Source of the DNA: Desulfomonilia bacterium
GTDB taxonomy: Bacteria; Desulfobacterota; Desulfomonilia; UBA1062
Direction of reading: 5' to 3'
Length of the DNA: 64,000 nucleotides
NCBI GenBank assembly: GCA_050014195.1
Contig: JBEKDT010000004.1
Span: 96,001 to 160,000 of the forward strand
Part shown: positions 35,537-45,572 of the stretch, one piece after another
How positions within the stretch are numbered: the first letter of the stretch is position 1
Layout: each line of letters starts with the position of its first letter
Position numbers and translations under genes: made by a program
Notes under the pieces: generated by a model
What the model was told of the DNA's origin: nothing
The model's database searches: none
What the model saw: only the letters and a program-made list of their open reading frames with translations

Positions 35537-38500
35537 TTCCTTGCCTCCATCCGGTCGATGAGCGGTCCGTACACCTGCACCGCCATTTCCCGGAACTCAT
35601 CATCCAGGGGATCAATGCCTGCAAAGCAGAGGTGCATGGCTGCATCCCCCGCCTCGGCCATCCCCTGCCACCCCCCGGCCCAGGCCTTGCGGGCCTCCTG
35701 CATGGCCCTGTCCGGATTGAGAGTCTTCTTCACCACCTCTGCATAGGCGTACGAGCTCCTGGGGAAGAGGTGCACCGGCCGGCACAGGCCCTGCCAGTAC
35801 ATGTCCAGGAGCGCCTTCAGCACGACAAACGGCTCCTCCACTGCGCTGAACCGAGCCTGCCCTGCCTTGTGGATGTGCAGTCCCGTCACCTGCGCACCCG
35901 GGCTCATAGCCTGGAGCAGGAGCAGGCTGACCCAGGCCCGCATCAGGTCGCTCGGTGTGATGTCGGCATAGCGGAACGAGAGGAATCCTTGTGCCTCAAG
36001 GCTATCCACGGCCCCGAAGATCGTAAAGGCGTCCACCGCCACTGTCACGTCCTTCCTCATCATCCCGGCGCCCGTCATGGCCCGCCTGATGAGCGGGAGG
36101 AAGGCATCGATCTCACCGGCGATGCCGGATAGCGCCAGCTCGCCCGGCAGGCCGTGGGGCAGGTCCCCCTCGGCCCTGAGCCGCGACAAATCCATCTCCA
36201 CACCCTTGCCTGCGAGCCTCTCCGCAAGGACCCGCTGCTGCAGGGTGTATCGCTCCAGGCCGGTCATGGCAAAGGGCTCCCGGTCGAGCAGGGCCTCCTC
36301 CTCCCGGGGCAGCATGGCGCCGAGCCTATGCCTCAGGAAGAACCGAGCCGGGCCCCGGAAGAACTCCAGGAGGCGCTCCATGTCCACGATCCGCCACTCC
36401 TTCTCGGGCTCGGAGAGCCGCATTGCGCTGACCGGCCCTGCATGCCCATCCATGCGCAGCGCCCTGGCAGCTAAGGCATTGTCCTTGGAATAGCTGAACA
36501 GGCCCGTGCCTGCTGTGAAGTATTTCGGGTTGAAGGCCTGGAGGCAGTGGCGCACCACCACATGTTTGCTCACCGGTCCCTCCGGGGTCACAAAGGCCCG
36601 GTCCAGGTACTCCAGCAGGCTGCTCACCACCACCGAGGGCGGGATCGAGGCATTGTCCTGTATGCCCTGGCCCACGTGGCTGATGCAGAGCACGTCTCTG
36701 GCCGAGAGCAGGGCCTCGAGGAAGAGATAGAGGTCGTCTTCGCGCCTGGAGCGGTCGCCCTTGCGCGCCTGCATGGCCATAAGGTCGAGCCCGCTTGCAT
36801 AATCCCTGCGGGGGAAGGATTCATGGTTCATGCCCATGAGGCAGATCACCTTGAACGGGATGCTCCGCATGGGCAGCATGGAGCAGAAGGTGACCCCGCG
36901 CTCTAAGAAACCCGCCCCTTCCGCGGCATGGCTGAAGGCCTTAGCCAGGTGGTGCCGTACCACGTCGATGGTCACCTTGCCGGTGAATCCAGCATCCCGG
37001 GCGATCTTCTCCAGGTTCCGCACCGCTGACTTCAGCCGCAGGAGCTCCTGCACGGTCTCTTCATCCGCAGCAAAGAGGTCATCGATGATCTTCAGAAGCA
37101 CCTCCGACCACTCGCCCAATCCCCTTTCCTGCCTGAGCTCCTCCACACCCGAAAAGAGCCGGTGCACGAAGTCCACAAAGCTGCCCAGAAGCTCTGCCGA
37201 GGCAGGGTCCATGTCAATCAGCGGCGCAATGCCTTCGAAAAGTCCCTCATCGTCCCCTGCCATGGCATAGCCCAGCAGGAGCCTCTTCAGGCCAAAGCCC
37301 CAGGTGTTCTCCTCGAACCCGGGCAGGCCCATTTCCTCTTTTTCCTTGCCGTCCCTACCCCACCTGATGTTGGCATCTGTTACCCACGTATGGGCCTTCC
37401 GCACTGCCTCCTCATCCATGTTGAACCGGCTGCGCACCGGCGCCTTGTCGAGGAGGTCCATGACGAGCGACGCCTCGAAGCGCTGGCTAGGCAGGTCGAG
37501 GACGGCCATGAGCGCATCCGCGAGCTGGGAGCTCCTCCTGAACGACCGGTCCGAGATGCTGTAGGGGATGCGGCGGCTATCATCCCCAGCCATATCGAAC
37601 ACGGCGCGGATGAAGGGCGCATACGCCTCGATGTCAGGCGCCATGACCAGCACGTCCCGGGGCTCAAGGCCTTCGATCATTACCTTATCTTCCTCTCCCC
37701 TGGTGGGAGAGGATTGAGGAGAGGGGGGATTCTCGAAAAGCGCAAGCAGCGTGTCCAGGAGCACCTCCACTTCCCGCATGGGGCTGTGGCAGGAATGGAT
37801 CTGAATGGAGCAGTCCCAGGGCTCCACCTCCACCAAACCCTCTTCGCCGGGCTGCCTCAGGTTCAGGATGTCGTCCTGGACTTTGGTAAGCATGGTGGAA
37901 CGCTCACCATCATCGAACAGGTCCGTCTCCTCGGGGTCGAGGTCGAGGACCATGTCCAGGAAGTTCCTGCCGAGCCTGCCCATGCCTGCCAGGAGGTCGT
38001 TGCGCGATTCCAGGTGCAGGTCCGTCTCCGGAACCTTGCCCGCGATCCTCGTGATGCGCCTCTCCGGCATGATGTCTGCCCAGTATTCTCTGCAGGGGTT
38101 CAGGCAGTAGAGGGTGACATCGATGAGCTCTGCAAGACCTTTCAGCACCTCCAGGTGAAATGCAGGAAGATACGAGATGCCGAAGATGGACACCCGCTGG
38201 GGCAGCTGCGAGACGTCCGCCTTGGCAAGGCCGCGGCTGAAGAGCTGCTTGAGCCGGGCCCGGTGGTTCGCATCGACCCCTTCGATTATCTTTTTCCAGA
38301 GCACTGCCTGCCAGTTCTCCGGGTAGCCTGTCGGCGCGACCTTGCCCTCTTCCCATCCGAGCACGAGCTCGGGCCTGAATATGACGTACTGGTCAAAGAT
38401 GTTCGCCATCATGGCGCTGAACTGGTAGAGCTTCATGCCTGCTGTGTCGCCCTGGAGGTAGTCCCTGATCCGGCTGAAACCGACTTGGCTGAGGAGCCCT

Positions 38501-38802
38501 GGCAGGCAGTCCATGATGCATAAGCCGAGTGCATCCTTTTCGAACAAAGCGGGCTGTGTGAAACCCGGCAGGATGCGCGAGAACATGTCCAGCACAAAGG
38601 CATTGGGAAAGGGCCAGCTCACGTTCGCGCATATGCCGCTGCCGCGCGCCAGCTCCATGGAGAGCCAGCGCTGCATGCCGCGGCTCTGCACCACGATGAC
38701 CTCTGGGGCCAGCGGCGAAGAGAGCGGCTCGGCCAAGGACGCAGCAAGGGCCTGCGAAAGGACCTCGAGCCGGTTGCTCTCAATGAGTCTCAGGCCTGAC
38801 AA
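35530..38802 (-). CDS. recC: Exodeoxyribonuclease V gamma subunit
   Basis: SNRLEVL, VVQSRGMQRWL, NPCREYW, HSCHSPMREVEVL, PMRSIPFKVICL. TTG start with GGAGG RBS; overlaps the recB start. Confidence 0.95.
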
Positions 38803-38838
38803 CAGACGCCTCCGTGCATGGAATTAAAAAGTGGGGAT

Positions 38839-38847
38839 AGTATAGCA
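38839..38847 (-). promoter_or_regulatory. Putative extended -10 element of recCBD
   Basis: TGCTATACT on the minus strand ~37 nt upstream of recC; retained as TGTTATACT in the duplicate near 47872-47880. Confidence 0.5.
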
Positions 38848-39003
38848 TGGAAGACTCGTTCTGTGGGTGGAGAAATGTGGCAAAAAAGGGGACATTTATT
38901 TTTACTTCACCTATGGTCGTAAGAAATCGGCATTAAGCAATAGGACCGAATTTATACACCGCACTTTTTACGGCACCACTCAGCCATAAGAGCGAAGATA
39001 GGA

Positions 39004-39052
39004 AGATGGGAGTCAGGTCTTGCTTTTTGACTATTCCGTGTGAATCCGGGGA
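39004..39052 (+). repeat. Direct repeat copy 1 (partner 57192-57239)
   Basis: Core CAGGTCTTGCTTTTTGaCTATTCCG matches 57202-57226 at 24/25. Confidence 0.75.
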
Positions 39053-39075
39053 TAAATTGATAAACATCCCCTTTC

Positions 39076-39360
39076 TTATGCTGCACGGCTCAGGCTGATG
39101 CGCATACCTGCCCTGGTCGCCAGAGTGATGAGCATCTCCAGGCTGAACTTCTCCCACTTGCCCCGGACAAGGTCCGATACCCGGGACTGGCTGATGCCGA
39201 GCATCTGAGCTGCCTGGGCCTGCGTGACCTTCTTCGCCTCTATGAGTGTGCGCAGGTCAGCCATTAGATCGGCACGCATCTTCAATATCGCTGCCTCGTC
39301 CGGGGCGAACCCCAGGTCGGTGAATACATTTCCCGAAGATTTCGTTGAGGTCTTTTTCAT
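39076..39360 (-). CDS. XRE-family HTH antitoxin (HigA-like)
   Basis: SSGNVFTDLGF, TQAQAAQMLGISQSRVSDL, KFSLEML. Confidence 0.9.
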   Translation of the reverse strand: MKKTSTKSSGNVFTDLGFAPDEAAILKMRADLMADLRTLIEAKKVTQAQAAQMLGISQSRVSDLVRGKWEKFSLEMLITLATRAGMRISLSRAA

Positions 39361-39363
39361 ATA

Positions 39364-39678
39364 CTACACTCCTATCTGTTTGTATCTCATGCGGGCCAGC
39401 TCTATATCCTTCAGGTTTGTCTTTCTCCCTTTCTTGTGAAACGAGTGCAGAACATAGACAGCATCCGCACGTTTCGCCACGTAGATGATCCGCCATTCTC
39501 CAAGCACATGTATGCGGATCTCCTTCACACCTTTTCCTATTGTCTGCATGGGCTTCCAGTCACTGGGTTCTAAACCACATTGCACGGCGTAGAGCTCAAA
39601 GCCTACAGCCCTACGCACTTCCATGGGAAAATCACGCAGGTTATCAAGGCTTGATCCCATGAACAATAGAGCCTTCAT
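39364..39678 (-). CDS. RelE/ParE family toxin (Gp49/HigB-like)
   Basis: GFELYAVQCG..DWKPM..GVKEIRI..RIIYVAK..YVLHSFHKK; upstream of the HTH gene. Confidence 0.9.
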   Translation of the reverse strand: MKALLFMGSSLDNLRDFPMEVRRAVGFELYAVQCGLEPSDWKPMQTIGKGVKEIRIHVLGEWRIIYVAKRADAVYVLHSFHKKGRKTNLKDIELARMRYKQIGV

Positions 39679-39882
39679 GGGATTATTATATAAGTTTTTA
39701 TATATCTGGCAACATTAATTTCATACGGACAACCAACCCCCTTATGCCTTGGAGTGGAGAATAATATACTGCTATTTTAGGGATTGACAGACGGAAACAA
39801 ATCTGTCTAAAAATGTGCCTCATGTAGTCTTTGTTATGTTTACCCTCGCAAAACTCTTGCGAGACTGAGGAGGTTGTTTCCA

Positions 39883-42800
39883 ATGAACAACACTTGCCGT
39901 GTCAGGACACGTGTCTATTCGTTTGTTCCCAGGCTGGTGTCGGTCTTGTTCCTCATCTTTCTCTTCCTTGTACCGCTGAGCCCGTCAAAGACGAGTGGAA
40001 AATCTGCTGAAATAACCTGCACCCCTGATCCCCATAACGAGATCGCCACCGACAAGAACCTTCCGCTCGGGTGCGAGATGACCCTGAGCAGTTCTTTTTA
40101 CCACGAGATCCAGGGCAATCCCCTTCTGTATGAATGGTACGGACCGTTCTCTCCGAGCACCATATCGGAGCCGGAAGTGTTCATGCCCGAAGGGACTCAT
40201 GCAGTCTCCCTGCTTACCTTTGACGGCGTGCAACGCTCTGCCCCCCACGTCCTCTACATCACGGTCGATCCGGCATTCTCCATTTCCGCCGCTGCAAAGA
40301 AGGGGAAGGTAGTTGTCACGTGGCCCCATGTGCAGGGGGCCACTCGCTTTGACATCTACCGCGCCAAAGAGAGCGACCCTAGCCGATTCGAAAAGATTGC
40401 AGAGCTCCCGGCAGCAACAACCTCCTATACGAATGTAAACCTATGCGATGCAACCTATCTGTATGCCGTGGGTGCGTTGTCAAACAGGCAGTGGCTGTAT
40501 TCTCAGGTCAAGAGCTCTCATCCGTATTTAACATCCCCGATGTGCAATTACCCGCCTGTCATATACTCCGCACCCATAACCAAGGGCATTGTGGGCCTGA
40601 AATACACCTACGACGTGCAGGGGTCAGATCCCTTGGGGGACATGCTCACCTACAGCCTCTTAAGCCCACCGGCGGGCATGAGGATAAACTCCCAGAGCGG
40701 TCTCATCGAATGGACACCTCCTTCCCTGGGAGACTATGAGGTTACGGTCAAGGTGAAGGACTGCAAGGGCTCATACAAGATACAAAAATTCATCATTGAG
40801 GTGGATGAGCTCCCCGACATCAACAGGAACCCCATTGCCGATGCAGGCGGCCCATATGCCGCAGAGGTGGGCCAGCCGATATCTTTTGACGGCTCTTCAT
40901 CCTATGACCCTGACGGCGATCCCCTCCTGTATGCATGGATCTTCGGAGACGGCTCAAGCGGAAACGGGGCCTCTCCGAGCCATGCATATGGTGCTCCCGG
41001 AACATACCAGGTTACGCTCACGGTCTCTGACGGAAGGGGCGGAACCGCGACCGATGCAACCACAGCAAGCATTCAGCAGTGCCTGCCGCCAACAGTAGGC
41101 TTCTCTTCGAACCCGGCGGCCATACGGCAGGGCGAGTCATGCACCTTGCTCTGGACATCCAAGAATGCCTCCACCCTCAGTATCGACCACGGCATCGGAG
41201 ACGTGGGTGCATCGGGAACCATCACAATACAGCCACAGGCCACTACCACCTACACGATCACCGCAACAGGCCGCTGCGGGACGGCTGCAGAGTCTGTCAC
41301 CGTCATTGTCCATTCTCCGCCTGTTGTTCATTTGACCGCTGTCCCGGGGTCCATTGCGGCAGGGCAGACATCTAAGCTCTCCTGGACATCCGAGAATGCG
41401 GATACGGTAACCATCGACCAGGGCATCGGCCCGGTGACGCCGAACGGCTCTCTCGCCGTAGCTCCCACATCTACCACAACCTACACCATTACTGCTTCCG
41501 GGCCCGGAGGGACTGCAACCGATAGTGCAACAATCACGGTATACCAGCCGCCGCATGTAAGCCTGACCTCCCAACCCCAAGCAATCGCCGAAGGCGGGGC
41601 ATCAATACTCACCTGGACATCCGAGAATGCCGACTCTGCCTTCCTGGATAACGGCCTGGGCAATGTCGCCGTGAACGGATCGCTGGCGGTTTCCCCTGCA
41701 GAGACGACAACCTACGCAATAACGGTCCAGGGTCCCGGAGGCACGGCAACAGCCAGTGCTTCAGTAACCGTGCTTCACAAGCCGGCAGTCATCATTGCGG
41801 CCTCACCCGACACCATCGACGCAGGCGAGACCGCCACCCTGACTTGGACTTCCACCAATGCCGATTCCGCATCCCTTGACCAGGGCATAGGGGCCGTGGA
41901 GGTGAACGGCAGCCTGCAGGTGAGCCCATCCGAGACGACCACCTATACCATCACTGCAACAAGCCCCGGAGGCATTGCAACCGCCTCTGTGCCGGTCGGG
42001 GTCAACCACCCGCAGCTGCAAAGAAAGGCCTGCGCATACATCACGAACATGGAGAGCGGTGATGTCACGGTGGTGGATATCTCCACGAACAGTATCATAA
42101 CCCGTATCCCGGTGGGCACGGCACCCTACGGCGTTGCCGTGAGCCCTGACGGCGACCGGGTATATATCGCATGTGGAGGGAGTGACGGCGGGATATATGT
42201 CATTGATACCATTACCAATACGGTGGCAGGCACCATAGAAGGAATATATGCGACCACCCTGGCAGTGAACCCGGATGGATCGATCATCTATGCCGTGTCA
42301 GCCGTTGACGGGACACTCACGGCTATCGATGCACATTCCCATGGGGTCATCGGGGTCGTTCAGACAGGACCGTCGCCTTTCGGGATAGCTGTAAAACCCG
42401 ATGGAACAAGGATCTACATCACATCCATGGAAGATGGCACCATGAGGGTGATCGATGCTGCAACCTTGGCAGTCATAGACACCGTGCAGATTGTATACAC
42501 GGGGAAGCCCCTCTGGGATGTCGAGGTGAGCCCCGACGGGGCATTTGTGTATGTGGTGTCGAGTGATTCATGCCTCCTCGCCGTCATCGACACGAACACG
42601 GATGCTTTCGTGAACTCACATTTTTACATGCCCGAGAGGCATCTCGGAAGATGTTATCTTGCTGTGAGCCCTGATGGAAACCGCATATACCTGAGCATAA
42701 ACAATAGCACCTATTCCGCAGGATCGGTCTATGTCATTGACACACTCTCCCTTGGTGTTGTGAACAGGATTACCGCAGTATCCCCTTCGGACCTGTCATT

Positions 42801-44712
42801 CACCCCGGACGGAACATTCCTTTATGTGCCCGATAGCGGGGCAAACGGCGTCATGGTCATCGATTCCGGGTCAGACTCAGCGGCTGCTTTCCTGGGAGAC
42901 GATTTCAGCCGCCCCACGACCTGCGGCCATTTCATCACGAAACATAGGGAGCGGATTACCGGCAGGATCGTGGCCGATGGCGCGGGGGTCGAGGGAATCA
43001 TGGTCACGCTCACCGATGGCCGCATGACCTGGAGCTGTCCGACCGATGCACAGGGACGCTACATTTTCTATGCACCGCCCGGCAGCTATACCCTTTTCTT
43101 TTCCGGCAGGGGATATGCATTCGCGCAGCAGAACCTGGCAGTGAATGTCAGCGACAGGGAGATATCCATCACGGATACCGAGGTGCTTCTGGGCGTGAAG
43201 ATATGGTCGGAGCCCGGTTCAATAGCATCCGGACGAACGGCACTCCTGCTCTGGAGCTCGATCAAGGCTTCAAGCATCACCATAGACCAGGGCATCGGCA
43301 GTGTGGGAACGAGCGGTTCTTACGCAATATCTCCAAACGAGACCACGACCTATACGATAACCGCTTTTGACGGCCAGGGCAGGACAGTGACTGACCAGGT
43401 GACGGTGACCGTCTTCCCTCAGCCCCAGGTGAATATCAGTGCGGAGCCGCAGGTAATTTTGAAAGGACAGCCTGCCACCCTGTCATGGACGAGCACCAAT
43501 GCGGATACACTTACCTTGGGGCCATACGGATGGAATCTGGAGAACATCGGCTCTATCACGGTATTCCCTCAGGAGACCACGACCTACACCATTACCGCTT
43601 CAGGTCCGGGCGGGATTGCCACCGCCTCTGCCACTGTGACCGTGTATGAGCCGCCCCAGGTCACTATCTCAGCAAACCCCCAGACCATCTATGCAGGTGA
43701 ATCCTCTCTTCTCACCTGGTCCTCTTCCAATGTAGATCATGTCAGCATCGACAACGGCATCGGCAATGTGGAACCCGGCGGCTCAATGACCGTGAACCCC
43801 GCAAAGACCACGACTTATACCATCACCGCATCAGGCCCGGGCGGGGTCGCCGAGGCTTCAGCCACCCTGACCGTGAACAGCATCATCAGCCTCCACATCG
43901 ATTCCCCGGCAGAGGGAGCCCTCATCGACAGGCCGGACATCCTGGTGAAAGGCACCATGACAAACGTATACGGCAATGAGACCGGGGTGACGGTGAATGG
44001 GGTTCCGGCTGTCATTCATGGGGACAGGTTCTTTGTGAATCATGTGCCGCTCTCTCCAGGAGAGAATTCTCTGATAGTGCGGGCCGCCGATGTTCAAGGG
44101 AATGCTTCCGAAGTCGTTATTCCCCTTGATTGCGAGGTTACAGGGCCTTACATCACCCTGTCCGTCAATGATGCCGCGGGTATTTCACCATTCGAGTCAA
44201 TATTGAGGGTGGAGTCCTTCTTCGAGCCTGACAGCCTTACCTTCTCAGATTCCGGTCCCGGACAGATCGAGTATCTTGACGGATCGGATACGAATGAACG
44301 GCTCATAAAAATCCCAAATGCCGGAGTCTATTTCATTACGGCAAGGGTTTATAAAACCGGGGTGCTCTATACAGATACAATAGGGACTGTTGTACATGAC
44401 CGGACAGAACTTGATGGGATGCTCAGGCAGAAGTGGGCAGGCATGCGCACTGCCCTCCTGAATAATGATATTGATACGGCAGTGAAAGACATATCAAGCA
44501 GGACAAAAAATATATACCGGAATGCATTTGGCTATCTCACCGACAGCCAAAGAAGCAGCCTGGTGAATGAAATTGGTGACATCCGGCTCATCAAGATGAG
44601 AGGCACCGGAGTGGAATATGACATCCAGACAACAAGGGATGGTACCCTTTACTCATACATTCTTCTCTTCGATCTGGACGAAGACGGGATGTGGAAGGTC
44701 GCAAACTTTTGA
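39883..44712 (+). CDS. Giant exported repeat protein: FN3/putative Ig, PKD, tandem Ig-like repeats, YVTN/YncE beta-propeller, C-terminal domain
   Basis: Signal peptide; YSL..PPAGMRINSQSGLIEWTP (He_PIG-like); PIADAGGPY..FDGSSSYDPDGD..WIFGDG (PKD); ~7 'L.WTS.NA...IDQGIG...TTTYTITA.GPGG' repeats; AVSPDG repeats. Confidence 0.88.
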   Translation: MNNTCRVRTRVYSFVPRLVSVLFLIFLFLVPLSPSKTSGKSAEITCTPDPHNEIATDKNLPLGCEMTLSSSFYHEIQGNPLLYEWYGPFSPSTISEPEVFMPEGTHAVSLLTFDGVQRSAPHVLYITVDPAFSISAAAKKGKVVVTWPHVQGATRFDIYRAKESDPSRFEKIAELPAATTSYTNVNLCDATYLYAVGALSNRQWLYSQVKSSHPYLTSPMCNYPPVIYSAPITKGIVGLKYTYDVQGSDPLGDMLTYSLLSPPAGMRINSQSGLIEWTPPSLGDYEVTVKVKDCKGSYKIQKFIIEVDELPDINRNPIADAGGPYAAEVGQPISFDGSSSYDPDGDPLLYAWIFGDGSSGNGASPSHAYGAPGTYQVTLTVSDGRGGTATDATTASIQQCLPPTVGFSSNPAAIRQGESCTLLWTSKNASTLSIDHGIGDVGASGTITIQPQATTTYTITATGRCGTAAESVTVIVHSPPVVHLTAVPGSIAAGQTSKLSWTSENADTVTIDQGIGPVTPNGSLAVAPTSTTTYTITASGPGGTATDSATITVYQPPHVSLTSQPQAIAEGGASILTWTSENADSAFLDNGLGNVAVNGSLAVSPAETTTYAITVQGPGGTATASASVTVLHKPAVIIAASPDTIDAGETATLTWTSTNADSASLDQGIGAVEVNGSLQVSPSETTTYTITATSPGGIATASVPVGVNHPQLQRKACAYITNMESGDVTVVDISTNSIITRIPVGTAPYGVAVSPDGDRVYIACGGSDGGIYVIDTITNTVAGTIEGIYATTLAVNPDGSIIYAVSAVDGTLTAIDAHSHGVIGVVQTGPSPFGIAVKPDGTRIYITSMEDGTMRVIDAATLAVIDTVQIVYTGKPLWDVEVSPDGAFVYVVSSDSCLLAVIDTNTDAFVNSHFYMPERHLGRCYLAVSPDGNRIYLSINNSTYSAGSVYVIDTLSLGVVNRITAVSPSDLSFTPDGTFLYVPDSGANGVMVIDSGSDSAAAFLGDDFSRPTTCGHFITKHRERITGRIVADGAGVEGIMVTLTDGRMTWSCPTDAQGRYIFYAPPGSYTLFFSGRGYAFAQQNLAVNVSDREISITDTEVLLGVKIWSEPGSIASGRTALLLWSSIKASSITIDQGIGSVGTSGSYAISPNETTTYTITAFDGQGRTVTDQVTVTVFPQPQVNISAEPQVILKGQPATLSWTSTNADTLTLGPYGWNLENIGSITVFPQETTTYTITASGPGGIATASATVTVYEPPQVTISANPQTIYAGESSLLTWSSSNVDHVSIDNGIGNVEPGGSMTVNPAKTTTYTITASGPGGVAEASATLTVNSIISLHIDSPAEGALIDRPDILVKGTMTNVYGNETGVTVNGVPAVIHGDRFFVNHVPLSPGENSLIVRAADVQGNASEVVIPLDCEVTGPYITLSVNDAAGISPFESILRVESFFEPDSLTFSDSGPGQIEYLDGSDTNERLIKIPNAGVYFITARVYKTGVLYTDTIGTVVHDRTELDGMLRQKWAGMRTALLNNDIDTAVKDISSRTKNIYRNAFGYLTDSQRSSLVNEIGDIRLIKMRGTGVEYDIQTTRDGTLYSYILLFDLDEDGMWKVANF

Positions 44713-44797
44713 ACTATCCCGTTGCGATTGAACATCTGCTAAGGGGTTGTGATGGTATCATTACAGGTACTACAGGGCTTGTTTTGAAAAAGGGGGA

Positions 44798-45547
44798 ATG
44801 GGAATGCTGACAAAAAAGGCATGTCTGATACTGACCATGGCGATGCTTCCTCTCGGTCTTATGGGTGCAGACCTGTTCGGGAATGTGACATTCAGGGGCA
44901 AGGTGATCGATGCAGACACCCTCAAACCCATCGAAGGGGCGGTGGTAGTGGCCGAGTGGGAGAAATGCCACCCAGGGATAGGTGAAGGCTCATTATGTGA
45001 TTTCAAGATGGTTAAAGAGACACTGACAAATGCTTCTGGTGAGTGGAGCATCACAGGGCCACAAGGTGATAGTTTACCTAGTAAGACTCGGGAGATTCTC
45101 GGGTTCATCGTATCATGGACAGCACCGCCTCGTTTTCAGATCTACAAACAAGGGTACTGCAGACTTCACCAGAAACCAGGCGGATTACATGCATATCCAT
45201 ATGTAAATAAAGAAAAGAGGTTGGAAGGGATCGTATTGGTCCGCATGGGTGATACGAAAGAAGAGGAAAATGAATTTATGAAACAATATCTTCTAGAAGG
45301 TTTCGTTCCTTTTATTCCAGTTAAGGATCCGGAGAGGAAGCTTCGGGAGCTGAATTTCGACTTTCGATACCCTCCTGATGTTATGAGTATAAGGGATGTT
45401 TGGGAAAACACTATGTATGATGTAATCGGTTTAAAGAAGGCAGTGACACAAGAAGAAAAGAAGGAAGCGGAAATATTGCCTGCCACTGTAGATCATTGGA
45501 TTTATCTGCCTCTGTTAAGGAAGACAGTTGAAAATAGTATGAAATGA
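44798..45547 (+). CDS. Exported protein with carboxypeptidase-regulatory-like N-terminal domain
   Basis: Signal peptide then FRGKVIDADTLKPIEGAVVVAEW...ETLTNASGEW. Confidence 0.78.
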   Translation: MGMLTKKACLILTMAMLPLGLMGADLFGNVTFRGKVIDADTLKPIEGAVVVAEWEKCHPGIGEGSLCDFKMVKETLTNASGEWSITGPQGDSLPSKTREILGFIVSWTAPPRFQIYKQGYCRLHQKPGGLHAYPYVNKEKRLEGIVLVRMGDTKEEENEFMKQYLLEGFVPFIPVKDPERKLRELNFDFRYPPDVMSIRDVWENTMYDVIGLKKAVTQEEKKEAEILPATVDHWIYLPLLRKTVENSMK

Positions 45548-45572
45548 TTGCTGAAGAGGAGGTCTTGGTGAA